In this document: one piece after another, positions 9,701 to 18,279 of the stretch
Position numbering within the stretch: position 1 is the first letter of the stretch
How the letters are laid out: each line of letters begins with the position of its first letter
DNA from: Nitrosopumilus sp.
GTDB lineage: Archaea > Thermoproteota > Nitrososphaeria > Nitrososphaerales > Nitrosopumilaceae
Length of the DNA stretch: 64,000 nt
Direction of reading: 5' to 3'
Assembly (NCBI GenBank): GCA_965205215.1
Contig: OZ242041.1
Span: 480,001-544,000 of the forward strand
Program-made: the position numbers and the translations under genes
The notes under the pieces: generated by a model
Told to the model about the DNA's origin: nothing
The model's input: the letters and a program-made list of their open reading frames with translations, nothing else
Databases searched by the model: none

Positions 9701-10162
9701 CTAGCTCTGATGTATAAAATCTCTTGCCTGCTCGTCGGTCGGATAGTACTCAAACGGGATCCCGATGGAGGCAAACAGCACGTCGTACTCCGTACTGCCC
9801 GAAATCCTGATTGTCGACGCGTCGCCGCCGCCCTCCCCGTCACCGCTGGGAGTGTGGTACGTGCCGCTGACGGTCGTCCCGTCAAGCGGGGTCAGCGTAA
9901 ACGGAGCCAAGACGCCCTGGCCCACGGCCCTGCCGTCTGACTCTATCACAAACTCGGTCTGGCCCGCCGTCAAGACAAGCAGCGACGGGTTCTCAAACTC
10001 AAGCTCGATGTAATAGTCAGAGCCGTCCCCGTCCGTGCTGAGAAGCTCGTTGTGAGTCATGTTGACCGATATGTGGGACGCCGACGCGTACTGCGCGTAT
10101 CCGAATATCGCAACGCCGATGGCCACCAGCGCGATGATGCCAGCCTTTCTCGACGGCTCCAT
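9701..10162 (-). CDS. Membrane-anchored LEA_2/WHy-like hypothetical protein
   Basis: N-terminal TM, then IELEFENPS beta-rich domain. Confidence 0.6.
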   Translation of the reverse strand: MEPSRKAGIIALVAIGVAIFGYAQYASASHISVNMTHNELLSTDGDGSDYYIELEFENPSLLVLTAGQTEFVIESDGRAVGQGVLAPFTLTPLDGTTVSGTYHTPSGDGEGGGDASTIRISGSTEYDVLFASIGIPFEYYPTDEQARDFIHQS

Positions 10163-10280
10163 GATCTGTGTCTGCAAAGTTTCCTTTTAACCGCGCCGCG
10201 GAAAAAGTCTAATTTTTTTGATCAGGTAATCAACATAGTTACATTACGCATACTATATCTTGGCGCGAGCATCATGCCGT

Positions 10281-10889
10281 ATGGCGCGAGTCAGGCTTAG
10301 AATGGGCCCAAGTGAGGTGGAGATAGACTCGCGCGACTTTTACGTGGACAACGAGACCGTACGGGCCGTCATAGAGGAGATGGCCCTGTGCATGCAGGAG
10401 GCGCCAGCGGCAGGCAGGCCACCGGCGCCACTTCCAGCTCCCCCGCAGGCCGGGTCACCGGAGTATCTGGACGCCACGGGACTGCGCAACATCAGGGAGG
10501 CCGAGGCGTCTGAGCCGGAATTCTCGGATCACGCCGCAAGCCCCGGGAACGATGACACTGAAGAGGAGCCGCCCCCCGCAGGCCCACGCGCGCAGCGCGC
10601 CCACTCCCGCGAGCAGGTCAGGGACGGACTGCTGATGCTGCTTGACACAGACGCCTTCTTTGACTATCCGCGCACCGTATCTGACATTGCCCAGCGCCTC
10701 CGCGAATGCGGCTGGCGTGCCGGCTCGCTTGCGGTCTCGGAGGTCATGACGGAGCTGGCAATCTGCAAGAGGGTCACCAAAAACTACGTCAAGGGGACTG
10801 CCAGCACGTACGTCTCCGCCGTAGCCCGCGCCGGTTGCTATGAAGCATGCGACGGCCCCCCCGCCGCCGAAATGGCCGCCCCCGCGTGA
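10281..10889 (+). CDS. Conserved hypothetical protein with C-terminal winged-helix-like region
   Basis: MARVRLRMGPSEVEIDSRDFYVDN...FFDYPRTVSDIAQRLRECGW. Confidence 0.65.
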   Translation: MARVRLRMGPSEVEIDSRDFYVDNETVRAVIEEMALCMQEAPAAGRPPAPLPAPPQAGSPEYLDATGLRNIREAEASEPEFSDHAASPGNDDTEEEPPPAGPRAQRAHSREQVRDGLLMLLDTDAFFDYPRTVSDIAQRLRECGWRAGSLAVSEVMTELAICKRVTKNYVKGTASTYVSAVARAGCYEACDGPPAAEMAAPA

Positions 10890-10900
10890 CCTGCACCGTC

Positions 10901-11098
10901 TCACCGCCCGCCTTCTGGAAAACCGCACGTCTGGCATTCGGAAAACGTTACGCCCTCCAGATGGTCAAAGTGCACGTTGCAGTCGGCGCAGGTGTGGTGC
11001 ATGTCATAGTATCCGTCCTCCTCCGGCTCGCCGACCCTGTCCGTCTTTAGGTTCGTGCCCTTGCACTTTATGCAGTGGCAGCCACAGTCGGCGTCCAT
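10901..11098 (-). CDS. Small Cys-rich (zinc-finger-like) protein
   Basis: CHCIKC, HTCADC, ECQTC in 65 aa; TATA-like ATATTTA upstream. Confidence 0.7.
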   Translation of the reverse strand: MDADCGCHCIKCKGTNLKTDRVGEPEEDGYYDMHHTCADCNVHFDHLEGVTFSECQTCGFPEGGR

Positions 11099-11156
11099 GC
11101 CTCGTTTTTGGGGCTGACGTATATTTACCGTGCGTGCGGGGTGATAATGATATCAA

Positions 11157-11408
11157 ATGCCAGCCAGTGAGAATCATAACGGCGGCGACAACGCCGAGGA
11201 TGCCGGCGCCGAGGCCGCGGCCGGGCCCGGCGCGGACGCAAAAGAAGGGGAGGAGGAGGAGGAGCGTGTAATACCGCTGGAGATTGACGATCACTTCCGC
11301 CTGTTTGGCAAGCATCCGTGGGAGGTAGAGTACGGTGAAAAGTGCCCCGAGTGCCAAAGCCGGATCGACGAGTACGGCTTCTGCTCGTGCGGTTCTAACG
11401 GCGACTGA
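11157..11408 (+). CDS. Small zinc-ribbon protein
   Basis: KCPECQSRIDEYGFCSCG. Confidence 0.7.
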   Translation: MPASENHNGGDNAEDAGAEAAAGPGADAKEGEEEEERVIPLEIDDHFRLFGKHPWEVEYGEKCPECQSRIDEYGFCSCGSNGD

Positions 11409-12513
11409 ACCTTCTTCTCGTGGTGAACACGGCAACAGCAGCTATCGCCGCCAGGCCCGCGACTGCCGCGGCAACAACCCAGGCTCCGTCATCCGGGGAC
11501 TCCGCGCTCACCGGCTGCTGCGCCTGCATCTGTTGCTGCATGTACTGTAGTATGTGCTGCGCCGGCGCGCCCGATATGCTCACCAGGCCCCCCGACTCCA
11601 GGTTTGCCGCGATCAATGTGTGCGTGCCGTTTGGGCGCTTTTGGTGAATTATCTTTTTGCCGTCAAGCGAGACCGTAAACGGCTCGCCCATCAGCTCCAT
11701 CGGGATCGCCATGTCCAGGAACTGGCGGCCCGTCCCATCAGCCCAGAGCGAGATCTCCCCCTTTGGGGCGTCAAATGAGAACTCGCCCACCCCCGAGCTT
11801 GACGCGATCCCGACTTGGAACGCCGCATAACCCGCGATCTCGGCAGTCTCGGCCCCGCTTGAGATCTCCTTTGCATAGTACAGGGTCATGCTGCACCCGT
11901 GGCAGGCAATCTTGTCCTTGTCCCCCAGTTCCACGATCCTGTCGTTTACAAATACCATTGACGCGTCGTCCGGCAGCACAAAGACCGTAGTGTGCGGGTA
12001 CGCATACTCCAGGGAGTATACGCCGTCTGACAGGCTGATCGCGCCGGTGAGGTTGTATTCTGCTACCGCCGGCCGGCCGTCCGCCGCGCGTATTACGGCC
12101 ACCGGCCCGCTCTTGCTTTCGGATGGCAGTGCCAGCACGGGTTGGTTCTCCCGGCCGACGTCGTCCAGGCTCGACACGCGTACGACGGTTTCGTAGACGC
12201 CCTCCGCGTCCACCAACGGCAGCAGTGCCGGCCCGTCCGTGGGGTCAAGCGTGTGCACGACGCGCATGCCCAGCCCGTCATCGCCGGTTCCAAGCGTAAT
12301 CTCGATAGAGTCTTGGCTTGCCTCGGCCGGCATGCTGCCGCCCTCCTCCTCCTCTTGGGCTGACGCCATGTTCTGATATGCAAGGGCGCCTCCAGCGCCA
12401 CCGTCCGCATAAAGACCGCCTGCAGCCAGCAGTAGCGGCGGAAGTAGCAACAACAACAGCAGCAGAGACGGCTGTGATAACAGGCGTGGCGGTATCCTAG
12501 CGTACCTCGTCAT
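11395..12513 (-). CDS. Secreted/surface protein with C-terminal membrane anchor
   Basis: Leu-rich signal peptide, CHGC motif, IPMELMGEPFTV..DG, C-terminal TM followed by RRRF. Confidence 0.7.
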   Translation of the reverse strand: MTRYARIPPRLLSQPSLLLLLLLLPPLLLAAGGLYADGGAGGALAYQNMASAQEEEEGGSMPAEASQDSIEITLGTGDDGLGMRVVHTLDPTDGPALLPLVDAEGVYETVVRVSSLDDVGRENQPVLALPSESKSGPVAVIRAADGRPAVAEYNLTGAISLSDGVYSLEYAYPHTTVFVLPDDASMVFVNDRIVELGDKDKIACHGCSMTLYYAKEISSGAETAEIAGYAAFQVGIASSSGVGEFSFDAPKGEISLWADGTGRQFLDMAIPMELMGEPFTVSLDGKKIIHQKRPNGTHTLIAANLESGGLVSISGAPAQHILQYMQQQMQAQQPVSAESPDDGAWVVAAAVAGLAAIAAVAVFTTRRRFSRR

Positions 12514-12995
12514 GCCTCGATGACCACTCGCGTCATTCTGGCATCGTCTTCCTGCTTGGGGCAGTCGCCGGCGTCCCTTGGGAGCGCCACTATCTTGTCT
12601 GCCACGTCCATCCCCTCCGTGACCTCGCCGAACACGGTATACTGCCTGTCAAGAAACGTGCTGTCGGCGACTACTATAAAGAACTGCGATCCGGCGCTGT
12701 CGGGGTCCTGCGCCCTTGCCATTGATACGATCCCCCTCCGGTGCGAGCGCGAGCTGAACTCCGCCTTTATGTTGTGCCCGGGGCCGCCCATGCCCCACGA
12801 GCCCCGGTTGGGGGTCTTCGTGTTGGGATCCCCCCCCTGTATCATGAACCCCGGTATGATCCTGTGAAACAGCGTCCCGTCGTAAAACCCGCTCCTTGCA
12901 AGGCTCTCAAAATTCCTGACATGCTCGGGCGCAAGCTCCGGCAGCAGCCTGAATTTAATTACGCCAAGTCCGGTCTCTATTTTTGCAGTAGACAC
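12510..12995 (-). CDS. Cyclophilin-type peptidyl-prolyl isomerase
   Basis: FYDGTLFHRIIPGFMIQGGDP, SAGSQFFI. Confidence 0.95.
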   Translation of the reverse strand: MSTAKIETGLGVIKFRLLPELAPEHVRNFESLARSGFYDGTLFHRIIPGFMIQGGDPNTKTPNRGSWGMGGPGHNIKAEFSSRSHRRGIVSMARAQDPDSAGSQFFIVVADSTFLDRQYTVFGEVTEGMDVADKIVALPRDAGDCPKQEDDARMTRVVIEA

Positions 12996-13137
12996 GCGTT
13001 GCCTGCATATCGTATCCTAATAACCCTTTGGCAGAACCGCGCCGGACCGGATATATTGTGATCATAGTTCAGAGTCTGCATTTGTTTTGGCTTTTTTTGA
13101 TATAGTATTATATAGAACGGCCCATACCGAGTATCCG

Positions 13138-13383
13138 TTGATCAGTTCTAAGAACCAGAGCGCCAGAATAAAGGCGACGATAAACTCTTTTCTCGACCAG
13201 GGACTGACGGACAAACAAGTCATCTACAACAAGGTGGTCGACGAGCTGGGCGTCCCGAGGCCCACGGTACGGCGGGTCGCAAGGGATCTAAGAAACGAGT
13301 TGCTGGAAAAGATAAACGTTCTACAGTCCACAATGCCGAGGGAGGCAGACGGCGGATCCCGCGGCATCGGTGCGAAGAACTAG
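13138..13383 (+). CDS. Small conserved HTH-like protein
   Basis: IYNKVVDELGVPRPTVRRVARDLR; TTG start below TATTATATA. Confidence 0.65.
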   Translation: MISSKNQSARIKATINSFLDQGLTDKQVIYNKVVDELGVPRPTVRRVARDLRNELLEKINVLQSTMPREADGGSRGIGAKN

Positions 13384-13627
13384 GGTTGCTTTGAACCCCT
13401 GTTTTTTAACTTGGGCGCGGGCCGGCTGCGATGCGCCGCTTATCATATGATCATAAGCAGGCGTGAATCCGGGTTGTTGCGCGGGCCGGCGTTGCCGGCA
13501 GCGGCCTTCCGCCTTGCGGGCGCAGACAAGGTTTTCGGGCGTTATTACCACTGGCGCGCGTTCCGGAATTAATCGCGCATGGTCTGGTCTGCCACCGCCC
13601 CTGCGCTTACTAAAAAGATCATATCGA

Positions 13628-13704
13628 TGGTGGGCCGAGTGAGATTCGAACTCACGATCACCGCCGTGTCGAGGCGGTATCCTAACCAGCTAGACTACCG
13701 GCCC
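13628..13704 (-). tRNA. tRNA-Val(GAC) with encoded CCA
   Basis: GGGCCGG TA GTCT AGCTGGTT AGGA T A CCGCC-TCGACAC-GGCGG TGATC GTGAG TTCGAAT CTCAC TCGGCCC A CCA. Confidence 0.92.
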
Positions 13705-13770
13705 ATCGGATCACAAACCTTGGCGCAGGTATTATTAAGGTTTAACAGGGATGGCCCCTGACGCATCAGC

Positions 13771-14547
13771 ATGGCCGGTAATTCTTCAGACGATTTCAGT
13801 GACGAGGAGAAGGGTGGCCTGTACAAGGCCATCTACACCAGGAGGGACGTGAGGTCGCACTTCAGGCCGGGCCGCATAAGCGACGAGACGGTTGCCCGGA
13901 TCCTCCACGCGGCGCACCACGCGCCGTCAGTTGGCTTCTCGCAGCCCTGGAACTTCATACTGATAAGGGACGCCGCGACCCGCCGCAGGATAAAAGAGTC
14001 CTTCGAGGCCGAAAGGAAGAGATCGTCGGACATGGTGCGGGACGACCCGGAGAAAAGGTCAAGGTACCTGTCCTTCAAGCTGGAGGGGATACTAGAGTCG
14101 GCGCTCAACCTGTGCGTGACGTACGATCCCGCGAAGTTTGGCCCGTTCGTGATCGGGAGATCGAGCATCCCTGAGACGGGGCTGTACAGCGTCTGCTGCG
14201 CCATCCAGAACCTCTGGCTGGCGGCCAGGACGGAGGGCATAGGGGTCGGATGGGTCAGCATACTCTCAAACGACGTTCTCAGGGAGGTGCTGCAGATACC
14301 CGGCCACGTCGTGCCGGTAGCGTACCTCTGCCTGGGGCACGTTGACAGGTTTGCGCCAAAGCCTGACTTGGAGGAGGCCGGCTGGCTTCCGAGGCTTGCG
14401 CTGGGGGACGTGACATACTTTGAGCGGTGGCGCAACGAGGATGCCGGCGGCGTCTGGGAGGGAATGCAGGACATGATCAGGGACATGGCCGCCGCCGACG
14501 GCGTGCCGGCAGGTTCAGGCGCCCGTGCCTCCCCGCCCTCCGAGTAG
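13771..14547 (+). CDS. bluB: 5,6-dimethylbenzimidazole synthase (nitroreductase family)
   Basis: RRDVRSHF, AAHHAPSVGFSQPWNF, KLEGILES, YSVCCAIQNLWLAARTEGIGVGWVS. Confidence 0.88.
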   Translation: MAGNSSDDFSDEEKGGLYKAIYTRRDVRSHFRPGRISDETVARILHAAHHAPSVGFSQPWNFILIRDAATRRRIKESFEAERKRSSDMVRDDPEKRSRYLSFKLEGILESALNLCVTYDPAKFGPFVIGRSSIPETGLYSVCCAIQNLWLAARTEGIGVGWVSILSNDVLREVLQIPGHVVPVAYLCLGHVDRFAPKPDLEEAGWLPRLALGDVTYFERWRNEDAGGVWEGMQDMIRDMAAADGVPAGSGARASPPSE

Positions 14548-14577
14548 GCTTAAATAATTAGCGACATTTCTCACGCT

Positions 14578-14670
14578 GGGCTTGTGGCGCAGAGCCTCTT
14601 TGGCGCGCAGTATGGATAGCGTGGTAGCCTCCTAAGTTACAGGTCGAGGGATCGAAGCCCTCCAAGCCCG
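14578..14670 (+). tRNA. tRNA-Arg(CCT) with 18-nt non-canonical D-arm intron
   Basis: Removing 18 nt between the GCGCAG repeats gives a 75-nt cloverleaf; anticodon arm GTAGC-CTCCTAA-GTTAC; TTAAATAA about 25 bp upstream. Confidence 0.88.
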
Positions 14671-14750
14671 CTCTTGCTGATGCCGTCGGTGGGCCGTCCT
14701 GCGCCCCCGCGCTTACTTTGACTTAAATGAGACGGGCGCGGCAGCGTGAC

Positions 14751-15296
14751 ATGCGGGTAGTGGTAATATCAGGCAGCCCCAGAAGGAACGCCAACACTGA
14801 GACGATGATGAGGTACGTCTACGAGTACGCCATGGACAGGAACGGCGGTGACGGGAGCGACACCACGTTTGTCAACCTGTCGGAGGGCCAGGTAGAATGC
14901 TTTCACGGGTTTGACGTGGAGTATGGCGAGGCTACAAAGTCCGCCGCAAAGGCGATAACGGAGGCCGACGTCTGGCTTGTCGGAACGCCGATCTACAACT
15001 CCTTCTTCAGCGGGGCCCTGAAGAACCTCTTTGAGTATGTAGACTACAAAAAGACGCCGGGGAAGACGGCGGGCATGGCCGTAATGGCGGCAGGCAGCAT
15101 AGGCTTCACCGACGTGCAGACCGTGCTGACGCAGCTCATGTCGTATTTCGGCGTGGTTACAAACCCCAAGGCCGTCTTTATGACCACGGGCGACGTGGCC
15201 GACGGCGCCATAAGCAGCGCCGACGCGCAGGCAAGGCTCAGGGAGATGGTGGACGGGACGCTTGAGATGGCCTCGAAGCTTGCCCAGGGCAGGTAG
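14751..15296 (+). CDS. NADPH-dependent FMN reductase
   Basis: VVISGSPRRNANT, GTPIYNSFFSGALKNLFE. Confidence 0.9.
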   Translation: MRVVVISGSPRRNANTETMMRYVYEYAMDRNGGDGSDTTFVNLSEGQVECFHGFDVEYGEATKSAAKAITEADVWLVGTPIYNSFFSGALKNLFEYVDYKKTPGKTAGMAVMAAGSIGFTDVQTVLTQLMSYFGVVTNPKAVFMTTGDVADGAISSADAQARLREMVDGTLEMASKLAQGR

Positions 15297-15301
15297 CGGC
15301 A

Positions 15302-15427
15302 ATGATGGATCCCGCCGCCAAGGCGTGCACGTGCAGGTGCCACTTCGGCGGGGCCGTAAGCTGCCCGTCCTGCAAGAAGAACCATCCTGACGGACGCAGC
15401 AGAAAATGCCGCCACTGCTCCGAATAA
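15302..15427 (+). CDS. 41-aa Cys/His-rich microprotein
   Basis: MMDPAAKACTCRCHFGGAVSCPSCKKNHPDGRSRKCRHCSE*, starting 5 bp after the FMN reductase stop; below the ORF-track cutoff. Confidence 0.6.
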   Translation: MMDPAAKACTCRCHFGGAVSCPSCKKNHPDGRSRKCRHCSE

Positions 15428-15483
15428 TCATACTTGGGGCATCGCGCGGTGACGGCCATGGCGCCGAGTCGCGCCTCCGCCTC

Positions 15484-15990
15484 TCATTTCTTGTGCTTTG
15501 ATGCCAGCATCTTCAGGTTTGCCAGCTCCGCCTTGAGGGTCTCAATCTGTACAAGCGTCTGCAGGTTTGCAATCTGCCTGTTGAGCCTCTCAATCTCGCT
15601 GTCCTTGAGCTTGAGGGACTCCTTGAGCCCCTCGAGGTCGGCTGCAAGCTCGCTCTGGACGCTCTGCAGGTCTGCTATCTCGCTCTGGGCGCCCTTATGA
15701 CTCCCGCCCGCCGTCGCCGTCACTGTCAAGCTTTTTTTTTCGTCGTACTGCAGCACGGTTCCCGCAGGGACATCGTCATTCTGGTCGTGGTGGTGGGTCG
15801 AGTGCATGTAATCGGCGCTCTTCTGGGCTATCCAGCAGGTAAATACCAGAAACCACATGATTGGAACCGCCATTATAAAGACAAAGTCCAGCACGGGCGC
15901 AAAGTCGACAAAGACCGGCCAGAGCACGGTCAGGACCGCCGCAAAGACGCCGGTCGCCACGGTGGCCAGATGGTTGCCCAGATAGCCCAT
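15484..15990 (-). CDS. Membrane protein with C-terminal coiled coil
   Basis: Two TM segments, then heptad-rich tail. Confidence 0.75.
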   Translation of the reverse strand: MGYLGNHLATVATGVFAAVLTVLWPVFVDFAPVLDFVFIMAVPIMWFLVFTCWIAQKSADYMHSTHHHDQNDDVPAGTVLQYDEKKSLTVTATAGGSHKGAQSEIADLQSVQSELAADLEGLKESLKLKDSEIERLNRQIANLQTLVQIETLKAELANLKMLASKHKK

Positions 15991-16239
15991 GGACTAAATC
16001 CGGGTGCTCACTATTTATGTGGTATGCGGCCCTGTCCGGAACTGCCGGCCCGTAATCTGCCACGCGTCAGCCGTACTAAGTCTCTGCACATCTCCCAAGC
16101 CGGGCCTGTGCTTGGAATGGCCGGTTCTCGGGCTTTAACGCACGGGGGCGCCAATCGATTCACACATGGTACATCTATCAAAAACTTTTAAACGGATACC
16201 TTGCCCTCTTTCTTATTGTTGAATGCAAGGGGCGCAGGC

Positions 16240-17571
16240 ATGCTTGCCGCCATACTTGGAGTCGCCGCGGTGTCCGGGCTGCTGCTTGCCGCACCGGCGA
16301 TCACCACGTCCGCGCAGGTCTTCGATGAGAACAACGAAAAGATAATCAGGATCGGCACAATCCTGTCGGCGACAGACCCGGGCGACCACAACCCGCACGA
16401 CGACCGCTTCAAGGCCATGGAGCTTGCCCGGGACGACTTTAACGCCGCTCAGGACACCTACAGGCTCGAGCTGGTGGATCTCAGGGTAACCGGCGAGTCC
16501 GACAGCCACGCCCACAGCCGCGCCGGGGCCATACTGCAGGAGACGTTTAAAAACCGGAACATCACGTACTTTGTCGGGCCCATGGGCAGTACGGACACGA
16601 CGTCCACCAAGGCCCAGCTGGCCCTGCTTGAGCCGGAGAACCCTGGCAGAGACTTTATCGTCATCTCGCCCGCGTCGACCGCCCTGTCCCTGCGGGCCGA
16701 CGACAGCGTGTTCAGGATGACCATTGACGATTCGGTGCAGGCCGTCGAGATTTCCAACCTGCTGCGGGCCGACGGCAAGACGCACGCGGTCCTGATAGGC
16801 CTGAACTCACACCATACAGAACCCGACGGGACGCCGGAGCGCGACATCTGGTCGGTGGGGCTGGAGGAAAGTTTTACTGCAAATTATGCGAGCCAGGGGA
16901 CGATTGACTACCACCTTACCATCGCAATACGTGACAATGACGAAAACGAGCCGGGACGCGATGCGTACGACAGCTTTGCATCGGATCTGAACGACAAGGT
17001 GTCCGGCCTGATTGACGATCATGGGGCGGACAGCGTCGCGGTCGTTATAATGGGCTATAGCGCGGACCTGTCACACCTGGTGCAGGCAATCAACAGGGAC
17101 GCGTCACTCGACAGCCTTGACGACGTAGCGTGGTACGGGCCTGACGGCATTGCAACCCGCAGCGAACTAACTAACAACGTCGAAGTGGGGAGGTTCCTGG
17201 CCAAGGTCGGACTCGCTGCGACCCAGTATGCGGGCGAGGACAACGAGCTAAAGTCCGACGTCGAGTCCAGGCTGGTCAGCGCCGGCGTCGCCTCGACCAG
17301 TTCCATCTACCTCTACTCGTCTTATGACGCGGTGTCGCTCCTGGCGCATGCAATAGCAGAGCGCGAGGACAACGGGCAGACACAGACCGTAAAGGAGCTG
17401 CTGCACGAGCTGGCCGATACACCTGTAGGCGTGGGGGCGCTGGGCGACTACAGCTTTGGCCCAAACGGCGATCTTGACGCGCCCCTCTCATACAAGACGT
17501 GGAGGATCGTCCTGGACTCGGACTCTATGCCGGTATGGACCGACAAATCCGTCCAGATAATGTGCAGATAA
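16240..17571 (+). CDS. Type 1 (LivJ-like) extracellular solute-binding protein
   Basis: Signal peptide, IRIGTIL, FVGPMGS, ISPASTALSL..DDSVFRM, YSSYDAV, GALGDYSFGPNGD. Confidence 0.82.
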   Translation: MLAAILGVAAVSGLLLAAPAITTSAQVFDENNEKIIRIGTILSATDPGDHNPHDDRFKAMELARDDFNAAQDTYRLELVDLRVTGESDSHAHSRAGAILQETFKNRNITYFVGPMGSTDTTSTKAQLALLEPENPGRDFIVISPASTALSLRADDSVFRMTIDDSVQAVEISNLLRADGKTHAVLIGLNSHHTEPDGTPERDIWSVGLEESFTANYASQGTIDYHLTIAIRDNDENEPGRDAYDSFASDLNDKVSGLIDDHGADSVAVVIMGYSADLSHLVQAINRDASLDSLDDVAWYGPDGIATRSELTNNVEVGRFLAKVGLAATQYAGEDNELKSDVESRLVSAGVASTSSIYLYSSYDAVSLLAHAIAEREDNGQTQTVKELLHELADTPVGVGALGDYSFGPNGDLDAPLSYKTWRIVLDSDSMPVWTDKSVQIMCR

Positions 17572-17618
17572 TAGATTGCTGGAGCAACCGGGCGCCGCGG
17601 CTGCCGCCGCAACAAGAG

Positions 17619-18116
17619 CTATACACCCGCATCCAGCAGGGCCGCGAAGAGCAGTATGGCAACGGATATCGCCACGGTGACCTCCCCCAGTATTATGATC
17701 TTCTTTCGCAGCCTCTGGACCTCCCGCGTCGAGAGCGCGCCGGACATTATCTTCTCCTCCACGCCCTTGGAGATTATCCTCACGTGCGCCACGTATGCCA
17801 CAACGAGCGCGGCCACCAGCCCCACCTTGACTGCCAGAAACGTCCCATAGCTGGTGGCCATCAGGAGCTCCGGCCTGGCAAGCAGGGCGTGCGAGCTGTA
17901 CAGCCCGGTGGCCACGAGTATCCCGAGCGCGGGGATGGCCACCATGTTGAACCTCCTGCCCACGCGTATCATTATCTTCATCCTGTCCTCCACCGAGTCG
18001 GCCATCGTCTTTAGCAGGGGGGAGAAGACAACCCCGATGAACAGCGAGCCGCCCACCCAGATAGAGGCCGATATGAGGTGGACCCATGTCAGGAGGGCCT
18101 GCTCCAGCGCGGACAT
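17619..18116 (-). CDS. CopD-family membrane protein
   Basis: WVHLISASIWVGG, LVATGLYS, TSYGTFLAVK. Confidence 0.82.
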   Translation of the reverse strand: MSALEQALLTWVHLISASIWVGGSLFIGVVFSPLLKTMADSVEDRMKIMIRVGRRFNMVAIPALGILVATGLYSSHALLARPELLMATSYGTFLAVKVGLVAALVVAYVAHVRIISKGVEEKIMSGALSTREVQRLRKKIIILGEVTVAISVAILLFAALLDAGV

Positions 18117-18279
18117 CGTGACGTCCAAGCGGCAGGGGATATTATCTATTTGGGGGAGGGAGGGAGGGAGGGGGAATCGGATCTGCGCCAAGCTGGACGC
18201 CGGGGCGTGCGGCCGCATGACCGGTGGGGCCGACGGCCGTCGTGAAACCTTTTTTAATAATTCACGGGCCGGTAGCGCA

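Noticed and set aside
13384-14700. tRNA-anchored integrated element
   Set aside because: No integrase and no duplicated tRNA 3' end noticed
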